Shown: positions 1-11,586, numbered from the stretch's first letter. The stretch is DNA of 64,000 nucleotides from Halocafeteria seosinensis (GCA_001687465.1 LVLI01000308.1:1-64000); one strand, 5' to 3'. Program-made: numbers and translations. The notes: a model not told the origin generated them from the sequence alone.

Positions 1-266
1 CAATGTCAGAGGTACNGTNNNAGGCTCAGGGTCTTCTCCTGCCAGACTGAGCCTTGTCGGTACCTCTGACATTGTGGGCGCAGGCATGGCTCCTCCCCCG
101 ATGCCTCCTGAGCTTAACCAGTGTTGTGTTCCCCCACGGCGCATGTCAGCAAGGCTGCAGGAACAGCGGGCCCGTCGCTGCTTAACGCGGGCGCTTACCG
201 CTCCTCGTTAAGAGGATGTGGTCAACTTCCCGGCCGGTGGGCTATCTGTCACATTTGTGTGTGTGT
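1..266 (+). mobile_element. 3' end of a (GT)n-tailed non-LTR retroposon/SINE-like element (family A, longest copy; 5' extent uncertain)
   Basis: 200-266 (gctcctcgttaagagg...cacatttgtgtgtgt) matches 57691-57755, and 231-264 recurs inverted at 933-966. The two shorter copies are flanked by TSDs. Confidence 0.7.
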
Positions 267-570
267 TTGTGGATACAATAGAAAATGATTTCTCTGTCTG
301 GTACATCATTTTCTATGCTATTACCTTAGGCTTATAGTGAGGGGGTTTTATTATTATTACACTGTACAGTATTATTACCTTACAGTAGAGACATCTCTGG
401 AAGGGTTTAGGACCATTTCCTTTATCCTGAAGCGCGGTGTATCGACTAAGTGTGCATTTACAAGGTTGCAAAGTATTGTGGTAATCAGATGTCTTCGAGC
501 CGTGACAGAGCCAATTCTTCCGAGGAAGACAGCGATGACGACAATTATACAATGTGAATCCCGATCACGT

Positions 571-1075
571 TTAACCACGCTCCTCCGGAGTGGGCTCGCT
601 ATTCGCCACCAGGCCTTCATCTTCTGCGGTTGCCTCGTCAGTCTCTCCCGTTCCTGGTGTTGTTGCTCTGCTCCTAAAGTCCTGCATGTGCTTCTCGAAC
701 CCTACAACCCCAAAGTCCAGCCGTAGATCATCCGCCGCGTGCCAAGTGAAGTCTTCGCTGCTCAGGTTTCCCTCCCACTCTACAAGGCACAAATCGTTCT
801 CCTCGTCGAAGTGGACAAGTCGCTTGGCCTTCCTGCTCCTATACTCCTGCATGTATTGCTCGAATCCTTCAACCCCAAAGTCCAGACGTACTGTAGGCCC
901 TCCGCGGACTGCCATGTGAAGTCTACGCTGATACACACACAAATGTGACAGATAGCCCACCGGCCGCTACGCTGATCGGGTGTCCCACCCATTCGACAAG
1001 ACATTCGTCGTTCTCCACGTCAACTTCCACGATCCTCCTCACCGGAAGCGTGTAGAACATAAATCCAGCAGCCAT
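571..1075 (-). pseudogene. Tandem double chromodomain-like gene disrupted by a 44-bp retroposon+TSD insertion and a 5-bp insertion
   Basis: Removing 933-976 and 891-895 restores a 456-nt ORF (151 aa) from ATG 1075 to TAA 571. It has two homologous units, CLVEWVGHPISVDFTWQSAEGLRLDFG and CLVEWEGNLSSEDFTWHAADDLRLDFG, which resemble the chromodomain LVxWxG...xTW pattern. Confidence 0.65.
933..966 (-). mobile_element. 34-bp 5'-truncated family A insertion with 10-bp target-site duplication
   Basis: ctacgctgat lies at 923-932 and again at 967-976, flanking the reverse complement of cggccggtgggctatctgtcacatttgtgtgtgt. Confidence 0.9.
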
Positions 1076-1101
1076 AGTCTCATTATTATTATCATGGCTT
1101 T

Positions 1102-1650
1102 TTGACGTTCAGAATCTTCTCCAAAGCAAGTCTGCATACCGTGGACTACTACACTGTAAATCCCCGTCCCCGTCTATTTAACGCGAAACGATGCGAACCA
1201 TGCGCTGCCCACAAGTGCCGAATACTCCTCAATCTGCGATACCATGCCAGTCTTTGTGACAGCATAACCACACTGGGTCTTTCGCTCGCGGCGTACAACT
1301 CCGTATTACAGAAACAGAAAGATACATCCAGGTTGGAAAGTGTCTGCAACGGCATCGAATGGCTGCGCGCCCGATGGAGTCTGCTGCACAAACTCGACAT
1401 AGATCAGCAGAGATTTTCATCAGGAGAGATGAATGTCCTGGAGTTTGAAGCTATACAGGCATATGAACGAAAGGTTGAGCAACTTATTTCAGCCCCACTC
1501 CACTGTTACAGGTCCAAAAGGAAAGGAGGCATGGGACGCAATGCTCTTAATCTATTGCCTTTACCCCGTACGGTGACCGAAGTGGATACCCAAAGAACGG
1601 AACTCCGACGTCGACGACAGAACTTAGAAATGGGTTCCTTGGTGGAGTGA
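1102..1650 (+). CDS. Hypothetical protein (182-codon ORF, start uncertain)
   Basis: Open frame with protein-like composition. No recognisable motif. Confidence 0.25.
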   Translation: MTFRIFSKASLHTVDYYTVNPRPRLFNAKRCEPCAAHKCRILLNLRYHASLCDSITTLGLSLAAYNSVLQKQKDTSRLESVCNGIEWLRARWSLLHKLDIDQQRFSSGEMNVLEFEAIQAYERKVEQLISAPLHCYRSKRKGGMGRNALNLLPLPRTVTEVDTQRTELRRRRQNLEMGSLVE

Positions 1651-1755
1651 TCCCTCGGAAGTAGTATGCCGAAACACCGGCTTGCTACAGTCCCCGAGCA
1701 GATTTTAATCTGCTCCCACACAATGCCACATGCATTAAGTTTTAATTATAACCCA

Positions 1756-3045
1756 TCATACGGTTTCTTCACACGGTAAATAGGAGCATATTCCTCGAGT
1801 TAACTGAAGCGTGGTTTTTTCTTGGTCATCCATTAGTAATGCGTTTCCTACTTGTGCAAGATAACTCTCGTTCGTGAGCCTCCGCTCCAAGTAGTCGGTC
1901 TGCGGTAAGTTTCTAAAATTGTACGAAGCATCTAGCCCACTATAGTGCCTAGGAAGCCGAAGTTTCCACAATTGCTTGTTTCCAAACAAGGATAGCAATG
2001 CAATGGCAGCACTTTGAACGAGGCTTGAGCTGAGCAAGAGCGAGGCTAAGTGATTGACAGGCTCGTCCAATGGTGCCGCTTTCCCCTGTTTTCGACGCTC
2101 AACAATTGTGCATAGCTGAGCCACCATACTCTCCTCGCTAATTCTCGGATACAATTGTGGATTCTGCCTGCGTACTGCATAAGCCAGCGAGAACGAGAGT
2201 AAGGGAGGCATAAGTCGTTCCGGTGAATCGCCGTCTAGTAGCATTCCAGAGCTAAAGTCCAACGGGAAATCGCCAACGGTGTCTGCTCTTATCCATCGAC
2301 ACGATGCGAGAACATTCCAAAGTCGGTTTGCTAGTACTTCGGCCGTCTTCGAAGAATGGAAATTGTGCACATCTGTTCCAATTTGGAATGTATTCATCAC
2401 CGGCTCAACTGAAGCGGCCAGATTTCGGTCCATCATGCTACGAAGGCACGCTACCACATTACATAAGTATTCCACATTAGTTCCATTTCGGCTCAAAATC
2501 GACAGCGGGATAATCGCTGAGCCATCACGAGTCTGAGAGTAAGTTTCCGCCGAAACTTGCCCCGAATAGAATAGCCGACCCATCTCTTCATTGCCAGCGG
2601 CACCAGGCGAAATTTGCTCGGCTTCGCTTATATCGTACATCTCCCGAGCTTCTTCGATCTCGGAAAAGAGGAGACATAATTTCTTGAAAGCGTTTTCGGA
2701 CAAGTCTACAAGCCTTCCTCGAGAGTTACTGCATAGTTTACCAATCCCCAATTCCGTACCAGAGTATTCCTGGAAGCACACAAACCTAACGGCTGCAACA
2801 ATGTGATGGTATTCCTTCCCACCAAGAATGTTGTTAAGCATGTTGACTTTTTCCACAAACGCATCGTCATCGTCGCTTCCCGTAGGATCGCCTTCTCCTT
2901 TCTTTCGTTTCTTCTTACTGGAAGGGTGACATGATGCATCAGGCTTCAAAACACAATTAAGGATGCTCTCTTGGGTGCAGACGATGCGTCCTTTAGAGTT
3001 ACTCTCAAACAATACGGTCATTAGTTCCACGTCGGCAGCAATCAT
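1756..3045 (-). CDS. Hypothetical protein, 429 aa, with a basic NLS-like KKKRKK segment; 5' end may extend upstream
   Basis: Long uninterrupted ORF. No family recognised. Confidence 0.6.
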   Translation of the reverse strand: MIAADVELMTVLFESNSKGRIVCTQESILNCVLKPDASCHPSSKKKRKKGEGDPTGSDDDDAFVEKVNMLNNILGGKEYHHIVAAVRFVCFQEYSGTELGIGKLCSNSRGRLVDLSENAFKKLCLLFSEIEEAREMYDISEAEQISPGAAGNEEMGRLFYSGQVSAETYSQTRDGSAIIPLSILSRNGTNVEYLCNVVACLRSMMDRNLAASVEPVMNTFQIGTDVHNFHSSKTAEVLANRLWNVLASCRWIRADTVGDFPLDFSSGMLLDGDSPERLMPPLLSFSLAYAVRRQNPQLYPRISEESMVAQLCTIVERRKQGKAAPLDEPVNHLASLLLSSSLVQSAAIALLSLFGNKQLWKLRLPRHYSGLDASYNFRNLPQTDYLERRLTNESYLAQVGNALLMDDQEKTTLQLTRGICSYLPCEETV

Positions 3046-3216
3046 CTGGTGGGTTCACAAAGTTTTGTACCAGTCATGGATACGTTCCTGTGTGAAGATG
3101 GAGGTTCCATGAGGGAACTACAAGCATGAAAGAATCCCGCCAACGATGTCAGTACTATTTGATTTCCGTAAACTAGGTTGTTGCTATACTCAGAACGCTA
3201 CGTTAGGATGATTCAG

Positions 3217-4720
3217 TTAGTTTTCGCTCGGGCCTTCCCACCATTCGGGCAAAGTGCCAACGTCTTGAGCTTCCAGGTACTCATTTAAGCAACGACGGAA
3301 TTCTTCCAATGAAACTTTCCCTTGCTGCAGCACAACGTTTGAGAAATTGGTAATGCATGTATCTAAGTGACGTTTGTATACATCAGAAACACCTACCTCT
3401 GTAAACGTCGTCGTGGACGCTGCACGGTTCCAAATGTTGTCGATTTCTTCCTGAGTGAGCTGGTACCCAATCTTATTAAATATGTCCGTTATCTCCTCTT
3501 TCGATTTACACCGTAAGAAATCCTCGTGCTCTACATTTCTGTCTACGTAGGCAGCAGGCGCTATAAGATCGACAGCAGAGAAATCACGAAGGTCAGCTCC
3601 TTTATTCTGTGGCAGATCGTATCGGACACTGGGAACACCGAACCGCCGATCGGGGTCTTTCGCCACATTTCTATATCCCGGTCGAGTTGACTTGCCAAGG
3701 TCTGTGTCGGGAAGTTGCTCTTCAGCTGTAAAGTCACCGCGTATACAATCTCCTGCTCCCCACTCGTCTAGTTCTGAAGGTGGTCTACCGAACCTCTCAG
3801 GATAGTTGGACGGCCTTCCAGCACTGCAAGAAGAAATAAACACAATAACTCAAACTAACACTTAAAGGGAAATTAAATGAAAACAATGTAAGTTCCATCA
3901 CGTACCCTGTATATCGAGAATGCCCCAGCTCTGCTTGTTTATAATGGCGGCAGTCTTCCGACGACGCCGGTACAACGCGTGATTTCGGCTGCTGGGGATC
4001 AATGGTCGGATTTAGAACCATAGCAATTTCATTTGCGGACTTCTGTTTTGGTTTCTTGCCAAACCTATGCGTATTAGGGTCTATTCGAGCTTTGGACCAG
4101 TCAAACTCGTGATTCTTCCTAACACCAATGGGCATGTCTTTATGTGAGATTGGATATAGTTTCTGCTCCTTCTCCATATCCTCTGCGAGGTTTGGGTTTT
4201 CAGGAAATATTGATTCTTTGGCTCTGATCGCACTTAAATCTGTGGTTTGTCCAAACTTGTATTCCCCATGATCATGCTTCTCCTTGATATGTTTGGGCAC
4301 TTCGCTTCTTGGGGCACTCTTTCCCAAGGGTTTCTGTTTTGTGGAGTGATAAATCTGTTCTCCTCTCCACTCCATGTATTCATCTAAAGGTTTCTTCCGT
4401 TGATCTAGGAGGTGGTTTGTGTGGACCTCTTCTCCCATATTCACACTACCATGGACCTTGTCTTCTCCTCGAGGGTCCTCTCTCATGGGGCCCATTGGAC
4501 GGACACGTACTCCTGGTTCTTTGATATCGCGGTAAAGAGAGTCCTTGCGCGGAGTAGATCCGGGTATATTCTGGTTGGTGTTGAAGTCTAAACATTCTTT
4601 TGTGCCCTCTTCAGCAGCAAACCGTCGTAAACCAGCAGCTCGTACGCGCTGTCGTCCACCACCCGTGGTCTGTAACTGAGAGCCGCGGGTGCTCCCGAAT
4701 GGCTCCGTTGAGCTCATCAT
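3217..4720 (-). CDS. EFHB: EF-hand domain family member B / CFAP21-like flagellar protein
   Basis: Motifs EQIYHSTKQKPLGKS, LGKSTRPGYRN, RRFGVPSVRYDLP and a C-terminal VSLEEFR. Predicted introns 3824-3905 and 3325-3396 (the latter in frame). Confidence 0.75.
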
Positions 4721-5226
4721 CGTTCGCCCTTTTCTCCTGGCTGTCCACCTCCGTTGCTAATCGACCAAGGCCGTGTGAATAGAGCCTGTTGCTCAAGTAC
4801 GTTTGTAGCAGTCAGTTAGGTCGCAGGATCAACCGACATGTGTAAGCCAACAGCACAATCTCTTTCTCACAGTCCCAGACGGTACTCCTGCTACCAATCT
4901 ATCCCAATACTTGCATCCAGGACAATCATTTCAATATCATCTCCTGTAGTCACAACCTGAGCAATCGAGGTGCTTCCAGCCTGCGCGCCAAAAAAAAGCC
5001 CGTAACGCTTGGATTCCTTATCCACCTTCACAGCTGACCACTTCACAAAACAAAAAGGTGGTGGTCGGCTTGCCCCGCCCCTGGTGCGGCAGGGGGCGGT
5101 GATATACACGAGGTTTATACAAGGTGTTTGATGGGTTTTTCTGCCACACAAGACCGGATACATGCTCCCAAATCGGTTCTCTTTGGTTCCTGTCAGTTTA
5201 CGGTTCCCTTTCCCCCAACAACAACA

Positions 5227-7778
5227 ATGCTTACACAACGCTTGTCTTCCCGCGGTGCTGGCGGAGCATTTCGAGGATTTTCGGCAGGGAAATCCCCTGT
5301 TTTGTCTTTCCATAAGTCGTTTGCTCGTCCCTTTCCACATCTCGAAGCGTTCGCACGTGCCTTCACTGCGACTACCCCGGCCGCAACAGTCCCCTCTGGG
5401 GGAACAGGTGGACGCACGCCGGAACCCTCTGAATATCTTCATGACAGCGTAATTCCCACGCTACACTTCCAGGATTCTCTTCCACGACTTCCCATTCCGG
5501 AATTGGACACAACTTTGGACAAGTAAGTGGAGTCTGCACCCCATACAGCTGCCCACGGGATCCACTTTGCGTTTTGTCTTTCCGTTTGTGGGGGATGCAG
5601 GTATCTCTACTTCGTGAAGCCTCTGGTCAGCGAAGCTACCTATCAGGAGACGGTCAAGAATGTGGAACACTTTAGGGAGAATGAAGGACCCGGACTTCAG
5701 AAAGAGCTCGTGGAGACAGACTCTCAGAATAAGCACACCAGCTATATCTCGGCCATGTGGTACGACATGTACTTGGAGAATCGAGCCTCGCTCCCACTTA
5801 ACATCACTCCCCAAATTACTTGGGCTCAAGATCCGGTTCCTGCAAAGAATGAGCAGCCAGTTAAAACTGCAAACATAATTTCTAGCGCGCTGAGATATTA
5901 CCGATCTCTTCGGGATCAGAAGCTGAACCCAGAGGTCTTTGTGCTCAAGGAAGGATTGTACAACCAGAGCTGGTACAAACGCCTTTTGGCTACCCTCCCA
6001 CGATCGGTATGATATGAGCCTGAATCCTCTGGGCACATTCGTGTTGATAGATGAGATTTGCTAAATCAATTCAGGTTGCATGGTATGGAGCTTATGCTGT
6101 AAACGCTTTTCCTTTGGATATGTATCAGTATGATCGTTTGTTTAGTTCTACCCGGATACCAAAGGTGAGTCAGCAAACAATCAAAAAATCACCGGCAGTC
6201 CACAGTGTCCAACTTATCCTTCTTGCACAGAAAGGAAAAGATGAATTGGTGTCTTTCGACGGAAGTAAGCACATCATCGTCATCAAGGGGTCCCAATTTT
6301 ACAAAGTTGATGTAATTGGAGAAGATGGGATCCCTTTGGATCATTCTACAATCGAGGCCCAGATCCGAGGCATAACAGAGGCCAAAGACGACACGTCTGG
6401 ACCATGTAGGCACACTCTTTTGTTAACACTACTGTAGTGAATTGTTTGAATAAACCGTTTTATTCGTTGCTTTGCCCGCAGCTGTAGGAGCGTTAACTGG
6501 GTGGACCAGAGATGAGTGGGCCAACGCACGTGCTGAATTAGAATCAGATCCCAAGAACAAGGAGTTATTAGAAGTGGTTGATAGTGCTTTGTTTGCAATC
6601 ACGCTTGATGAAACCAAACCTGAAACTCACAAAGAAGTCAACCAGGTAATGCTCCATGGCGATTGCCGTGACAGATGGTTTGATAAGAGCTTCAATATTG
6701 TGGTTTGCGCTAACGGTCGTGCTGGTAGGTGGAATCGGAAAAATAACATATTGTTACGTAAATGACAAATTTTGATATTTTTGGGCAGGCATTACGTGGG
6801 AACATGCATGGGGAGATGGGGTTGCCGTTTTGAGTTTTTTCAATGAATGCTTTGACGAAATCACTTCGCTACCTGAAAGGGAGAAATCGAACCCACTTCC
6901 TGTAGGTTCGAGTGATCGATACGCCCCCAAGAAGTTGGAGTGGAACCTTGGTAGCAAAGCAGTTGATTTGATTGAACGAGCAACGAACTATAATAAGGAT
7001 AAAATTTCGAAATTGGATCTCAATATTTATGAAAGCGAAAGCCTGAGCAGGAACGATATCAAGAATGCAAAACTAAGTCCAGATGGAGTTATGCAAATGT
7101 TCGTAAATTGCGAATTTCAGAGGAAAATTGCTTACCATCAATATCGGTTTCTTGCGCAGGGTACTCCAACTCGCTCATCGTAGAGCTCACGGCTATACAC
7201 CATCTACGTATGAGTCGGCTAGCACTGCAGGGTTTAAGCGGGGTAGGACAGAGACCATCCGGTCGGCTACCCCTGAGGCCCTTGAAATGTGCAAAGCATT
7301 CGACAGTAAAGACGTCGTACGTTGTTGTTTTCTTGACTTCATCAAAGTTTGACTAGGGTGATATACTTAAGTGTTTCGTAGTATACAGGATAAGGAAACC
7401 AAGCTCAAGCGATTGCAAGAGGCAGCCAGTAACCACTCGAAAATATCTACGGACTGCAAATTAGGGAAAGGAGTTGATCGCCACCTATATGCGCTGAATA
7501 AATACGCTGAGAACCATCAAATGTCTCCTGCAATGTTTGCCGATGAGGCTTGGAAGGTTATGCAGGATATTAGGCTGTCGACGTCTACTCTATCGTCACC
7601 TGCCCTGGATGGCGGAGGGTTTGGTCCGGTCAGCGAGACTGCATACTCTGTCGGTTATGGCACGGCAGATCGGGGAGTACATTTCGCAGTAAGTTCCTAT
7701 GGATTGGGCAACGACAAATTTGTCAAAGAAATCGAGGGGGCTCTGAGGGATATCAAGAATGTAGCTTCCAATAAGTAG
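5227..7778 (+). CDS. CPT2: Carnitine O-palmitoyltransferase 2, mitochondrial (8 exons)
   Basis: [30 protein letters not shown], catalytic [35 protein letters not shown] and GGGFGPV motifs, plus an Arg/Ser-rich N-terminal presequence. Introns 5523-5600, 6007-6074, 6165-6230, 6406-6481, 6725-6788, 7099-7159 and 7317-7388. Confidence 0.92.
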
Positions 7779-7821
7779 AATCTGTCGCGCTTCTGAGACA
7801 TTGTCGTTTAGTGAAATAGAG

Positions 7822-10800
7822 CTAGTCGTTCCTATACACTGTTTGAAAGACCCTTTCCATGGCATCCTGTACAAAATGGGATGCTTCGATATTCCTTTTG
7901 GTGGAATGCCTGGGTTTCACCGTGCTTGTGAGCGTTGGTTGTAAGCGAAGGTCTCTCGGGGGTGCAAATAGTTTAGATACAGCTTGCAATGCAAATTCTC
8001 CTACGCCTTCAATTCTGTTGTGTGATGATATGTTTTCTCCGCCATACCCATACTTCTGTTGCTGGTTGGCAACCCACTTTGCCAGCACATGTAACCGATG
8101 GGTGCAATCTGGGACCGATAAGGGCAGCCTCCCATTGAGGGAAAACGACCGATGCTGTTGCACATCCGCCAATCGCGCTTCTAGTGTTTGAATAGCGAGG
8201 ACAAAGTTTCTGAGTTCCTGATTTTCCAACGATAAAAGTCCGTTATCTACAAAATTCTCGTGCACGTTCCTATCAAAGACACCAGATCGTAACGCCGCAC
8301 GAGCCCAGCCGGGCATCGACGACAATATTGCCATGGCGCCCACAGCATCCGCTATTCCTTCGTCCTCTGTCGTATTTTCCAAAGTTCTCTGGATAGTAAG
8401 ATAGGCAGATGACTGTTCATTGCAGTTCAAGTTTAGTCCTAATCCATAACCCCTTCCAAAGTGATCCCGCATCATGGTGTTTCCGCTACTGCCATTGTCA
8501 GAGAGAAACGGACTGAAACAATGAGCAGCAACAGCAGTCAGAGTACGATTGCATATTATATCGCACAGGTATTGTATTCCGATAAGCTGCGCTTCCGGAC
8601 TCTTCTCCGATGTAGAGCGGATGAGCCAGGTTAGCAATCGCTGGATGCTTGTAACCTCGAAGTGGTTGATGAATTTCATCAAGTCTAGGAACCCATCCTG
8701 GCCTGGCAGCTCTCCGAGCAACTCGGCAAGGCTTTGATATTCCGTGGAATCCACGTCCACCCATTGAATTATTGAGCTAAAAACCTTCAAAACAATCCTC
8801 GAAGATTCCTTGAAGAGGACATCTCCCTCATATAGTGGTGCGAGTGAAGGCACACTTTGTATCATGAGTGATAGAAGCTCAGCTACTTCCACAGAATGAC
8901 CGCATGCGGTAAACCGCGTACCTTGATCGGGGGCCAGAGAACTCGAGGCATATAAATTGTCGAATCGGAAATTTCTAGGTGGGGAAGACGGAGATTTCCA
9001 CGATCCCTGAACAACTCCGCGACCCGCGGATGATACTCTATAAAATCCCTTCGGCTGTTTCACACTCACCGACCGCGCAGACTTTGACGGCTGCATTTCG
9101 CCATCTACGACTTTCTGTTTGCGTTCGAAAAGATGATTAGCAGGTAAAACACAGTCAGTAGGGTCAAATGCGTCGCTACCAATAGGGTAGATAAGGGGTT
9201 CCCAACACGACCGATCTTGAAGCAACGCATCGTTTAAAGAGTGTGCAATGTCTACATACATCTGATACTCTAGTCCACCAGAAAGACTACGTAGCAGGAT
9301 TAAGTATTCAGACATAGCTCTTAGCCATTCGGATCCTAACAGCGGCTGACCTCCATGCCAAGTCGTAACAAAAGATCGCCAAGGAAGATTTTCTGAGACC
9401 AGTAATAACAGGGTCTTCCGCGCAACTTCTTCCGCTGAGCGCTTGCTGTGAGAGGGGTCTTTTGACGTTTCTCTAGGCGGTGCCATTCCAACTGGGAGGA
9501 ACAGATTGGAAAAACGAATACTGGAATCTGCATGAACACGTTGTTCAAAACCTTTGAGAGGGCTACTGAAGCCCTCAAACATTTGCCTTCTTGTCGGAGT
9601 GCCCTCATCAGATCTCTGGAATCCCTGGCAAATAGTTTCTACTGCATTTAGTAATTGAATTATATCTTGCGGACTGCATTCACTACTGAATATTTGGGAA
9701 AGCTTCGTTGAAAATGGGGGAAATGAGTCATTGCTCACGATTGAGGAAGCTGCCGATGACATTTGCCGGACGCTCTGCCCTGAGAGTAGACTTTTTGCCT
9801 TTGTAGCTGAAGATATTGCTGAGACAGGCTGTAAGTGAGAATGAGGCCGCAGATGTCCGGACGGGCCACCCCTCAAGGCAGTATAAAGCAAAGAACACAC
9901 TGCTTGTAACTCACCAATATGTCGAGCAATAACTGGCAAAGCATTGTGAGCGCGAGGATTCTGACCCTCATTAGCTCCTGGCGGGTAACTATTGCTGATT
10001 CCATGCTTCAGAAGTAGAGTGCGTGTACGAGATAGTGTTTTCGCTAGTCTCAAAGCATTTTGGGACTGAATACCTTGCTGAGCAGCCCGATCCAAGGCCT
10101 CTCCCGGTAGATTGGTTGTAAAATGTTGGAGTTGGCTAATCACTTTATTGTATCGTTTGTGCTTGTCCTGTCGTAGAACCCGTGGTCTATCGTCACTCAA
10201 GCCCAGAGCCGGTATACACACGGCTTCGATTTTTTTTACCACTGAATCTATCGACTTCGCCAACGTGAAAGGGATGGGTAAATTCTCGTTCTGTCCACCA
10301 AAAAGGCGGTCCACAACATCCGATTGGGCCTCCAGTAGTGTCCAACACAATGCTAGTTCCGATTCCGTTTCCAACGTAAAGGTTTCGTCGAAACGATGGC
10401 CTAATTTGCCGAACAATGCTACGACCATCTTGCTATTCAAAACACGATGGATGTCAGTCCCACGTCCGTCCACGTTATCCGTTGTAAACTGCAGATTGAT
10501 TTGTTCGAGCATTCGCCTAAAATCTGCCAACGATGATGTCACAACTTTCCACTTGTTTGATGCTGAAGCATCCTCAGATTCCATCGTATCCATAATTTGA
10601 AAATAGTCAGCTTGAGCTCGGATAAGGAGCTCGGCAATGCTCATCCGACACTCTCCATTCATGCCAGGCGTTTGGGTAAGCACTTTACCGAAGCGTTTCT
10701 CATCCTTTAACAGAAAGCGTAGTCTATCATCGTCACCAACGTTGCAGTTATACGTTCTCTCGAGCAACCGAACGAGCGGAAGGGAGGACTTTTGTATTCG

Positions 10801-11586
10801 TTCACGGAGAGCGTTGAGTCGACACTGGTTAGATGTTTGCCCTCCATCATCAATGTAGGTTGATCCTCCTTGACTCGAATGAGATCCTTGGCGATCGGTC
10901 GATGAGTTTGCTTCCGAGGGAATAATACGCGATGCTTCACAGTGACTGTCATTGACAATCTGAAGTTGACACGGTAAGGTCACGTTAGCTTGGTGATACA
11001 GTTTAACTATTCGCTCCTGTATTTCCATGATAGATTCACCATTCTCCCCATTTCTGTCTTGGGGAAGGCTTCCCTTCTTCCCGGAATGTACGGATATGTC
11101 GTCCAGCACTGCTTCCAATGCGTCCAAGACATTGGTCAATGAACTCACTGTGGCCCCTCGGTGTTGCTGATGTTCGGCCAGTTGGGTCAGATAGCCCAAA
11201 ATGCGAAATTTGCAGTTCTCATCCTGCGTATCTGCAGCGGTGTAAATCATGGAGAAAGTTTGCAAAAACTCTTGAAAAACTTGATTCTCGAACAATTCCG
11301 TGGTCAGAGTGGAATTGTCGCGTGATACGGCGGTCTTCAGCACCTCCTCCATGAGGGGAATCGCCTCATTTGGCTCATCCAACTGCTTCAGTTTTTCCAT
11401 ATATTGTTGCACATGTTCCATCGAAGGTATCCATCCGGAATTGCCACTGTACACTCTATATTGAGTGGTATACGGCCCTATAATGGTCCATTTCGTGACG
11501 GAGGGGGTCGTACACATGGACGAAGATGAAGTCGCAGGAAGCGCACACACCTTTCCCAAGACCCTTCCACATCGTATCCGCTTCAT
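7822..11586 (-). CDS. Large hypothetical protein, 1254 aa, apparently intronless
   Basis: 3.7-kb uninterrupted ORF with largely helical-looking composition. No domain recognised. Confidence 0.8.
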   Translation of the reverse strand: MKRIRCGRVLGKVCALPATSSSSMCTTPSVTKWTIIGPYTTQYRVYSGNSGWIPSMEHVQQYMEKLKQLDEPNEAIPLMEEVLKTAVSRDNSTLTTELFENQVFQEFLQTFSMIYTAADTQDENCKFRILGYLTQLAEHQQHRGATVSSLTNVLDALEAVLDDISVHSGKKGSLPQDRNGENGESIMEIQERIVKLYHQANVTLPCQLQIVNDSHCEASRIIPSEANSSTDRQGSHSSQGGSTYIDDGGQTSNQCRLNALRERIQKSSLPLVRLLERTYNCNVGDDDRLRFLLKDEKRFGKVLTQTPGMNGECRMSIAELLIRAQADYFQIMDTMESEDASASNKWKVVTSSLADFRRMLEQINLQFTTDNVDGRGTDIHRVLNSKMVVALFGKLGHRFDETFTLETESELALCWTLLEAQSDVVDRLFGGQNENLPIPFTLAKSIDSVVKKIEAVCIPALGLSDDRPRVLRQDKHKRYNKVISQLQHFTTNLPGEALDRAAQQGIQSQNALRLAKTLSRTRTLLLKHGISNSYPPGANEGQNPRAHNALPVIARHIGELQAVCSLLYTALRGGPSGHLRPHSHLQPVSAISSATKAKSLLSGQSVRQMSSAASSIVSNDSFPPFSTKLSQIFSSECSPQDIIQLLNAVETICQGFQRSDEGTPTRRQMFEGFSSPLKGFEQRVHADSSIRFSNLFLPVGMAPPRETSKDPSHSKRSAEEVARKTLLLLVSENLPWRSFVTTWHGGQPLLGSEWLRAMSEYLILLRSLSGGLEYQMYVDIAHSLNDALLQDRSCWEPLIYPIGSDAFDPTDCVLPANHLFERKQKVVDGEMQPSKSARSVSVKQPKGFYRVSSAGRGVVQGSWKSPSSPPRNFRFDNLYASSSLAPDQGTRFTACGHSVEVAELLSLMIQSVPSLAPLYEGDVLFKESSRIVLKVFSSIIQWVDVDSTEYQSLAELLGELPGQDGFLDLMKFINHFEVTSIQRLLTWLIRSTSEKSPEAQLIGIQYLCDIICNRTLTAVAAHCFSPFLSDNGSSGNTMMRDHFGRGYGLGLNLNCNEQSSAYLTIQRTLENTTEDEGIADAVGAMAILSSMPGWARAALRSGVFDRNVHENFVDNGLLSLENQELRNFVLAIQTLEARLADVQQHRSFSLNGRLPLSVPDCTHRLHVLAKWVANQQQKYGYGGENISSHNRIEGVGEFALQAVSKLFAPPRDLRLQPTLTSTVKPRHSTKRNIEASHFVQDAMERVFQTVYRND

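Noticed and set aside
231..966. Inverted repeats 231-264 / 933-966 as TIRs of a MITE
   Set aside because: The 933-966 copy has its own 10-bp TSD and a third copy lies at 57.7 kb, so these are independent retroposon insertions.
5074..5099. GC-rich imperfect palindrome in the EFHB/CPT2 divergent intergenic region
   Set aside because: Short and imperfect; a regulatory role cannot be supported.
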